The notes beneath the pieces were generated by a model. The model worked only from the letters and a program-made list of their open reading frames with translations. It was not told the origin of the DNA and ran no database searches. 41,062 nt of DNA, taken from Verrucomicrobiota bacterium (GTDB lineage Bacteria; Verrucomicrobiota; Verrucomicrobiia; Methylacidiphilales; JBCBYL01). The position numbers and the translations under genes are program-made. Below, piece after piece: positions 35,698-41,062 of this stretch; the first letter of the stretch is position 1, and every line of letters begins with the position of its first letter. The DNA lies in assembly GCA_039027415.1 (NCBI GenBank), contig JBCCKL010000001.1:1-41062 (forward strand). The letters run 5' to 3'.

Positions 35698-37476
35698 ATG
35701 CAATTACCAGATCACGCACCCTTTACACCGGATGAAAAGTCTCGACTGGAAGCCGCTCTCGCCGGCATGCCATTTGAAAAAACCTCCTGGTTGAGTGCCT
35801 TTCTGGCCGGAGCCAGCCAGGGAGTGATATCCACTGCCGCCCCAGCCGCAGCAGTATCGTCGTTGAAAGTCGATATTTTCTACGGTAGCGAATCCGGAAA
35901 CGCGGAAGGTCTGGCCTACGACGCTCAGAAAAGCTTCAAGAAAAGCGGGCTGAACGCGTCGGTTAGGGATCTGGGGGAAACTCAGGTCGCCGATCTGTCC
36001 AAAGTCAGTCATGCCCTGATCATTACCAGCACTTGGGGCGACGGCGAACCACCGGATTCCGCAGTTGCCTTCCATGAAGAGCTGATGGCTGACGGAGCGC
36101 AGAAATTGGATAATCTGCAGTTTTCCGTCTGCGCACTAGGTGACACCAGCTACGAAAAATTTTGCCAAACCGGTAAAGACTTCGATTCACGACTCGAAAC
36201 GCTTGGGGCTCAACGCATGGTCGACCGTAAGGACTGTGATGTCGACTACGAAGAACCGTTTCAGCAATGGTTGGACAGTGTTACCATAGCATTAACCGCT
36301 CAGACCGGCACTACCGCAACGGCAACCGTAGCCGCCGCACCGGCAGCTGCTGCTACCGCATACGGAAAGAAGAACCCCTTCCCGGCAGAACTGACCGAAA
36401 AAATTCTGCTCAATGGTCGCGGTTCCGCCAAGGAGACGCTGCATCTGGAGTTTTCGCTGGCAGGTTCCGGTATGACCTATCTGCCAGGCGACTCGCTGGC
36501 ACTAGTTCCCTCCAATGCCTCAGATGTAGTCGACAGCTTGATTGAGGCCACTGGATTCAATGCTGCAGAAGAAGTTGAACTCAAGAATGGCAGCCTGAAG
36601 GCTTTAAATCAGGCTCTGGCAGCTGATTTCGATATTACGGGTCTCTCTAAAAACTTCATCGAGAAATACAACGAATCACTCCAGTCCAAGGAGTTGACTC
36701 AGTTGGTCGAAGATAAGGAAAAGCTTTCCTCATACCTCCACGGCCGTCAGATCGTGGACCTGGTGGAGGATTACCCGAATAAGAAACTGGGACCGGCGGA
36801 ATTCACGCATCTGTTGCGTAAATTACCGCCACGCTTGTACTCCATTGCCTCCAGTCTGGCAGCACATCCGAATGAAGTGCACCTGACGATTGCAGTAGTG
36901 CGCTACTTGGCCCACGGCAAGGAACGCAAAGGTGTGGCATCCACCTTCGTGGCCGATCAGCTGGCAAACGGTAGCACCGCACCGGTTTACATTAACCCGA
37001 ATAAGCATTTCAAACTGCCTGCCGACAATAATACTCCGATCATCATGGTGGGGCCCGGCACGGGTATCGCTCCGTTCCGTGCCTTTGTGGAAGAGCGCGC
37101 TGCAGTCGACGCAAAAGGTAAAAACTGGTTGTTCTTTGGGGATCAGCATTACTCCTACGACTTCCTGTATCAGACCGAGTGGCAGGAGTACTTCAGTGAC
37201 GGCATTCTGACTAAACTGGATCTGGCCTTCTCGCGTGACCAGCAAGAAAAGATCTACGTCCAGAACCGCATGATCGAGAAATCCAAGGAACTTTGGGAAT
37301 GGCTACAGGATGGCGCCTATTTCTACGTCTGCGGTGATGCCAGCCGAATGGCACACGATGTCAACGAAGCGCTGATCAAGATCGCTGAGACCGAAGGTGG
37401 CATGAAACGTGACGCCGCAGAGGAATACGTCAGCGGACTGCAGAAAGAAAAGCGTTACCTGCGTGACGTGTATTGA
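35698..37476 (+). CDS. cysJ: Sulfite-reductase-type diflavin (FMN+FAD) NADPH reductase, CysJ-like flavoprotein
   Basis: Flavodoxin module IFYGSESGNAEGLA...TSTWGDGEPP. FAD motif RLYSIASS, NADPH motif GPGTGIAPFRAF, and C-terminal KRYLRDVY. Confidence 0.9.
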   Translation: MQLPDHAPFTPDEKSRLEAALAGMPFEKTSWLSAFLAGASQGVISTAAPAAAVSSLKVDIFYGSESGNAEGLAYDAQKSFKKSGLNASVRDLGETQVADLSKVSHALIITSTWGDGEPPDSAVAFHEELMADGAQKLDNLQFSVCALGDTSYEKFCQTGKDFDSRLETLGAQRMVDRKDCDVDYEEPFQQWLDSVTIALTAQTGTTATATVAAAPAAAATAYGKKNPFPAELTEKILLNGRGSAKETLHLEFSLAGSGMTYLPGDSLALVPSNASDVVDSLIEATGFNAAEEVELKNGSLKALNQALAADFDITGLSKNFIEKYNESLQSKELTQLVEDKEKLSSYLHGRQIVDLVEDYPNKKLGPAEFTHLLRKLPPRLYSIASSLAAHPNEVHLTIAVVRYLAHGKERKGVASTFVADQLANGSTAPVYINPNKHFKLPADNNTPIIMVGPGTGIAPFRAFVEERAAVDAKGKNWLFFGDQHYSYDFLYQTEWQEYFSDGILTKLDLAFSRDQQEKIYVQNRMIEKSKELWEWLQDGAYFYVCGDASRMAHDVNEALIKIAETEGGMKRDAAEEYVSGLQKEKRYLRDVY

Positions 37477-37492
37477 TATTAGGATGTAGGCC

Positions 37493-39067
37493 ATGCCTTC
37501 ACCTGACATCAGACAGATCGACATTATTCTGCCCCTCGAAAAATCCGAGGATCTTCAGGCGTGGAAAAGAGCAGCAGCGAAAATCCTTAAACTTTCCGCC
37601 AAACGTGTGCACGAGGTGCGATTGCTCAAACACTCGATCGACGCTCGCCAACAACGCATCAAAGTTCAATTGCGGGTCGAAGTCGGAATCGATGCCCCAC
37701 TGCCAGAAGCGGAATCGATTAAGATAAACGTGTCTCCGGCTTCTACCGAAGCCAAACGAGTGATCATTGTCGGCTGTGGCCCGGCGGGTATGTTTGCCGC
37801 CTTGCGCTGTCTGGAGCGCGGCCTCAAGCCAATCATTTTGGAGCGTGGTAAGGATGCATCGGCCCGCCGGTTCGATCTAGGGCCACTAATGCGTAAGGGC
37901 ACGGTGATCGAAGATTCCAACTACTGCTTTGGCGAAGGTGGAGCCGGCACCTATTCGGATGGAAAACTCTACACGCGTGCCAAAAAGCGTGGACCGGTAA
38001 GGAAAGTCTATGAAATCCTGGTCGCCCACGGTGCCCCCGAGCAAATCCTGATCGATGCCCACCCGCATATCGGTTCTAACCTGTTACCAAAGGTAGTTAT
38101 GGCCATGCGTAAAACTATTCTGGAAGCTAGAGGTGAAGTGCACTTTGGCGCGAAGGTCACCGGCTTCCTGCGCACAGGCGACCGGATTTGCGGAGTACGC
38201 AGCAGCGATGAACGTGAGTTCACCGGCAGTGCGGTCATTCTGGCCACCGGACACAGTGCCCGGGATGTCTTCCAACTTTGTCTACAGGAGAATATTCCGC
38301 TGGAGCAGAAAGCTTTTGCCATGGGAGTCCGTATTGAGCACCCCCAGCCCTTTATCGACCAGTGGCAGTATCACCTCCAAACCGATCAATCGCGCCCCAA
38401 ATTACTCCCCGCCGCCCGTTATGCGATTGCCACCAAAATCCGCGGGCGCGGAGTTCACTCTTTCTGCATGTGCCCCGGCGGATTCATTGTTCCGGCTGCT
38501 ACTGAAAATGACGAAGTGGTCGTCAATGGCATGTCACTCTCCAAGCGGGGCTCACCGTTTGCAAACAGTGGACTAGTAGTCACCGTAGAACCGGAAGACA
38601 CAGCAGGCTACCAGCGTGAACATGGCGTGCTTGCTGGAGTTGCCATGCAGAAGGCGCTGGAGATTTCGGCATCTCAGGCGGGCGGCGGCATGCAGCAGGC
38701 ACCTGCCCAAACGGTTGCGGATTTCCTCAATCGAAGAACTTCCTCAGTCTTGCCGAAGACCAGCTATTTCCCTGGTATCACTCCTGCTCCACTACATGAG
38801 CTCATGCCTGCATTCATTACAGAGCGGATGCAGGCTGGCTTGCTGGAGTTTGGGCGAAAAAATCCTGAATTCATTCGAGATCAGGCCAACCTGATCGGCT
38901 TTGAAACACGCACCAGCTCTCCTGTCCGTATCCCTCGCCAGCCAGATACGCTGGAACATCCGGAATGTCCGGGTCTATTCCCCTGTGGTGAAGGTGCTGG
39001 ATTCGCTGGTGGCATTGTCTCGGCAGCTCTCGATGGCCTGCGCTGCGCCGAAGCCATCGCAGCTTAA
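37493..39067 (+). CDS. FAD-dependent oxidoreductase, COG2509-type (NAD(FAD)-utilising dehydrogenase)
   Basis: Rossmann motif VIIVGCGPAGMFAAL...ILERGK, followed by SNYCFGEGGAGTYSDGKL and CPGGFIVPA, with a C-terminal GEGAGFAGGIVSAALDG. It starts 16 nt after cysJ. Confidence 0.88.
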   Translation: MPSPDIRQIDIILPLEKSEDLQAWKRAAAKILKLSAKRVHEVRLLKHSIDARQQRIKVQLRVEVGIDAPLPEAESIKINVSPASTEAKRVIIVGCGPAGMFAALRCLERGLKPIILERGKDASARRFDLGPLMRKGTVIEDSNYCFGEGGAGTYSDGKLYTRAKKRGPVRKVYEILVAHGAPEQILIDAHPHIGSNLLPKVVMAMRKTILEARGEVHFGAKVTGFLRTGDRICGVRSSDEREFTGSAVILATGHSARDVFQLCLQENIPLEQKAFAMGVRIEHPQPFIDQWQYHLQTDQSRPKLLPAARYAIATKIRGRGVHSFCMCPGGFIVPAATENDEVVVNGMSLSKRGSPFANSGLVVTVEPEDTAGYQREHGVLAGVAMQKALEISASQAGGGMQQAPAQTVADFLNRRTSSVLPKTSYFPGITPAPLHELMPAFITERMQAGLLEFGRKNPEFIRDQANLIGFETRTSSPVRIPRQPDTLEHPECPGLFPCGEGAGFAGGIVSAALDGLRCAEAIAA

Positions 39068-40047
39068 AGTTTTTCTATATAGGCAGAGATTTCCTGTGCA
39101 GCCCTTTTCCCATCCAACCAAACCTGCTCAATCTTAGAGTCTACGCATGAATCCCCTGCTACAAATAAACCTGGTGCTAAAGTAGGCAAATCGACTGGGT
39201 TCGCTTTACGGGCATACAGCCAGCGGTGGCTGAAGACAGCTGTAGGATTTGCCGAGAGTTTCCAGGCATCCTTGAGGCCTGTCTTTAGAATCGGAACGTA
39301 CTTGTCAGGATCGGATTCAATCCATCGACGTGAAAATTCTTCTGAGGCCTGAACGACAAATACCGTTTTATTTCCAGCAATCCGTCCCTGTTTGTAGTTT
39401 TCGCAAGCACTCCATGCCAGTGGCTCTGCCGGATCGCGCAAACTCAGGGCATAGCGCTCTGCCGCCATGCCCGCCGGCAGTCCATCAAATTCAAAAAACG
39501 CCGTAAGACATGGAATGTAGGCCGGTGCTGAGGAATCTAAAGATAATAGATCCGCAGTCTGTGGCCATGGTAATGTGAACAAAACCACATCAAAGCTCTG
39601 CTCTTGTACCTGCCAGCCATCTGTAGTGGCATCAATCTGGGTGATCTTACTCTCCAGTCTCACCTCCAAATTTGCCGCAAGCATTTTACCGACCCTGTTG
39701 TTTCCTGTTACGCAGTAATAACGTTTTCCACCGGATGCGGGTAAGACTCTTCCCCTATCACTAATGACTTCCCCATCGATGCACTGAATAAAATCCTGCG
39801 GTAACTGTTCTAATTCCTCACGAAATTCGTCAGAAGTCACCGTAAAGTATTGAGCTCCATGATCCACTACATGCCCCAGCCATCTTCGGGTAGCACAACG
39901 ACCAGCTAAGGATCTAGATTTTTCAAATAGAACCACCGCATGCCCTTTTGAGACTAAATCCCGAGCTGCTACCAATCCTGAAATACCTGCCCCCAGCACT
40001 GCAATTCTTGCCATGTCCAACGATACACCGAAATGAGGCTTCTCCAA
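39064..40047 (-). CDS. NAD(P)/FAD-dependent oxidoreductase, COG3380 / renalase-like
   Basis: IAVLGAGISGLVAARDL...VVLFEKSRSLAGRCATRR...DHGAQYFT is the typical N-terminus of this family. The C-terminus reads LFVAGDS. Its stop overlaps the stop of the convergent COG2509 gene. Confidence 0.85.
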   Translation of the reverse strand: MEKPHFGVSLDMARIAVLGAGISGLVAARDLVSKGHAVVLFEKSRSLAGRCATRRWLGHVVDHGAQYFTVTSDEFREELEQLPQDFIQCIDGEVISDRGRVLPASGGKRYYCVTGNNRVGKMLAANLEVRLESKITQIDATTDGWQVQEQSFDVVLFTLPWPQTADLLSLDSSAPAYIPCLTAFFEFDGLPAGMAAERYALSLRDPAEPLAWSACENYKQGRIAGNKTVFVVQASEEFSRRWIESDPDKYVPILKTGLKDAWKLSANPTAVFSHRWLYARKANPVDLPTLAPGLFVAGDSCVDSKIEQVWLDGKRAAQEISAYIEKL

Positions 40048-40104
40048 ATCTTGCCTGGCTCGAAAATCACTTTCCCATCACAATGGATCCGCTACATTAA
40101 TATC

Positions 40105-40992
40105 ATGTTCTTGATCAACCATGCCGGTAAAGAGCTTGAACCTATGGCGCGCGAAAAGGTGGAATCCATGATCCGCACTAAGGAGTTAGTGCGTGACGAC
40201 TGGGTGTGGGATGAGATCACAGAATCCTGGGTTCCAATTCAGGAGCTTTTTCCTGAAAATTTTCCAGTCTTCCATGCTTCTAATGCAGATGAGAAAGAGC
40301 TGGACGAAGCAGAGCAACCTACTGTTGCCGTACCTCCTGCAGATCCGATGGCGATGGAACGATTCGTACAGCTGGGACAGCGTAAAAAGATAGTTGAAAT
40401 AATCCTTAAAATGATCCCTGAATTACTTGAACCGGGCGAGCGCCTGCTGCAAATCGCCACGCAGCGCAAACCAATGCCGGATTTTGCACCGGAAGCCTTT
40501 GCCCTGACCAGTCAACGGCTCTTCATTTTTGAAAAAGGGCATTTCAAAACCTTATATGATGAAATCCCCCTACTCACGATTCTTCAACCTGTAATCAAGA
40601 AAGGAATATTCTTTTCACACATTTCCATGAGTGCAGGCGCCGGAGTGCCCTATGGCATACGCTTCATTCCCAAACAACAGGGAATCGCCTTTTTTGAACG
40701 TTTGGAACAGGAGCTGAATCGAGTGCGAGAAGCACAACGTAATGCCATAGGAGCTAATTCCCGTAAAGCCGAAGGTATTGAAGTCACTCCGCTTATTCCT
40801 GCCGAACATAATACGGAAAATGGGAAGCCAGTTGCACCACAGAAAACGAATTCAACCGAGCCTTCAGGGCAAGAAGATGAACATAAAGCTCTCCATCATC
40901 TGGAAGACCTCAAAATCATGCTGGATAAAGGTCTGATAACTGAAAAAGATTACGATATCAAAAAACAGAAAATTCTGGATAATGAACTCTAA
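40105..40992 (+). CDS. GYF_2-like + bacterial PH (YokE-like) + SHOCT domain protein
   Basis: The N-terminus FLINHAGKELEPMAREKVESMIRTKELVRDDWVWDEITESWVPIQELF is GYF_2-like. The middle segment AFALTSQRLFIFEKGHFKTLYDEIPL is bPH-like. The C-terminus LEDLKIMLDKGLITEKDYDIKKQKIL is SHOCT. ATG 40105 is preferred over the track start 40033, which overlaps the divergent gene. Confidence 0.72.
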   Translation: MFLINHAGKELEPMAREKVESMIRTKELVRDDWVWDEITESWVPIQELFPENFPVFHASNADEKELDEAEQPTVAVPPADPMAMERFVQLGQRKKIVEIILKMIPELLEPGERLLQIATQRKPMPDFAPEAFALTSQRLFIFEKGHFKTLYDEIPLLTILQPVIKKGIFFSHISMSAGAGVPYGIRFIPKQQGIAFFERLEQELNRVREAQRNAIGANSRKAEGIEVTPLIPAEHNTENGKPVAPQKTNSTEPSGQEDEHKALHHLEDLKIMLDKGLITEKDYDIKKQKILDNEL

Positions 40993-40995
40993 ACT

Positions 40996-41062
40996 ATGAA
41001 ACTTTTAATCGCTGTCGTCTTCTGGGGAATTTTATCTTGGATCGCCTTACGCTTCCTCAAGG
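40996..41062 (+). CDS. 5' end of an unidentified membrane protein gene (truncated by window end)
   Basis: An ATG 3 nt after the previous stop reads MKLLIAVVFWGILSWIALRFLK..., which is hydrophobic. Only 22 codons are visible. Confidence 0.3.
   Translation, partial: MKLLIAVVFWGILSWIALRFLK

Noticed and set aside
35597-35794. 65-aa ORF overlapping the cysJ start. The same applies to 7606..7791 overlapping the metallophosphoesterase end and the CNB gene.
   Set aside because: Non-ATG or weak starts, no motifs, and overlap with well-supported genes.
1-41062. Scan for CRISPR repeats, IS elements or transposases, integrases, restriction-modification, toxin-antitoxin or known phage-defence genes
   Set aside because: None recognised on either strand. 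The window reads as core-chromosome housekeeping and envelope genes, so no defence-island claim is made.

Overview
Gene-dense 41-kb chromosomal window with about 31 protein genes and one tRNA. GC looks roughly 50% by eye. I saw no transposase, integrase, CRISPR array, rRNA or recognisable defence or toxin-antitoxin genes. All domain calls come from motifs read in the supplied translations; no searches were run. The gene content hints at a PVC-superphylum bacterium (Verrucomicrobiota/Planctomycetota-like): a Tat-DUF1501 + DUF1800 pair, a tandem-fused UvrA, DUF4388/PATAN proteins, giant beta-sandwich lipoproteins and few Shine-Dalgarno sites. This taxonomic guess is inference only. Gene order, left to right: mutL 5' end (-), canonical uvrA, an 857-aa TPR protein, tRNA-Pro(TGG) (-), a short Ppx/GppA phosphatase, a metallophosphoesterase, a stand-alone cNMP-binding-like protein (-), ychF (-), a terminator, and amt with an N-terminal coiled-coil extension (-). 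Next come a divergent pair of DUF4388/PATAN proteins, an OmpA/MotB-like coiled-coil protein and a FlgJ-type glucosaminidase (-), a 92-aa conserved small protein (-), and a DUF4212 + sodium:solute symporter pair. After these: a 1,860-aa ORF made of two UvrA modules, a 136-aa orphan, hflX, a 1,184-aa DUF1800 protein plus Tat-DUF1501, and a small membrane protein. The right end holds a 1,241-aa lipoprotein ending in a TlpA-type thioredoxin domain, three small envelope proteins (secreted 163 aa, TPR, DUF1460), cysJ-like diflavin reductase + COG2509 FAD protein, a convergent renalase-like oxidoreductase, and a GYF-PH-SHOCT protein. No textbook accessory island is present. Four candidates for under-described biology stand out. 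(1) The covalent, asymmetric double UvrA lying 14 kb from a normal uvrA. (2) The PATAN/amt/OmpA/glucosaminidase envelope-signalling neighbourhood. (3) The N-terminally extended DUF1800 + DUF1501 pair. (4) The giant TlpA-fused lipoprotein with its neighbouring orphan envelope genes. None of these is proven to be a new system from sequence alone.
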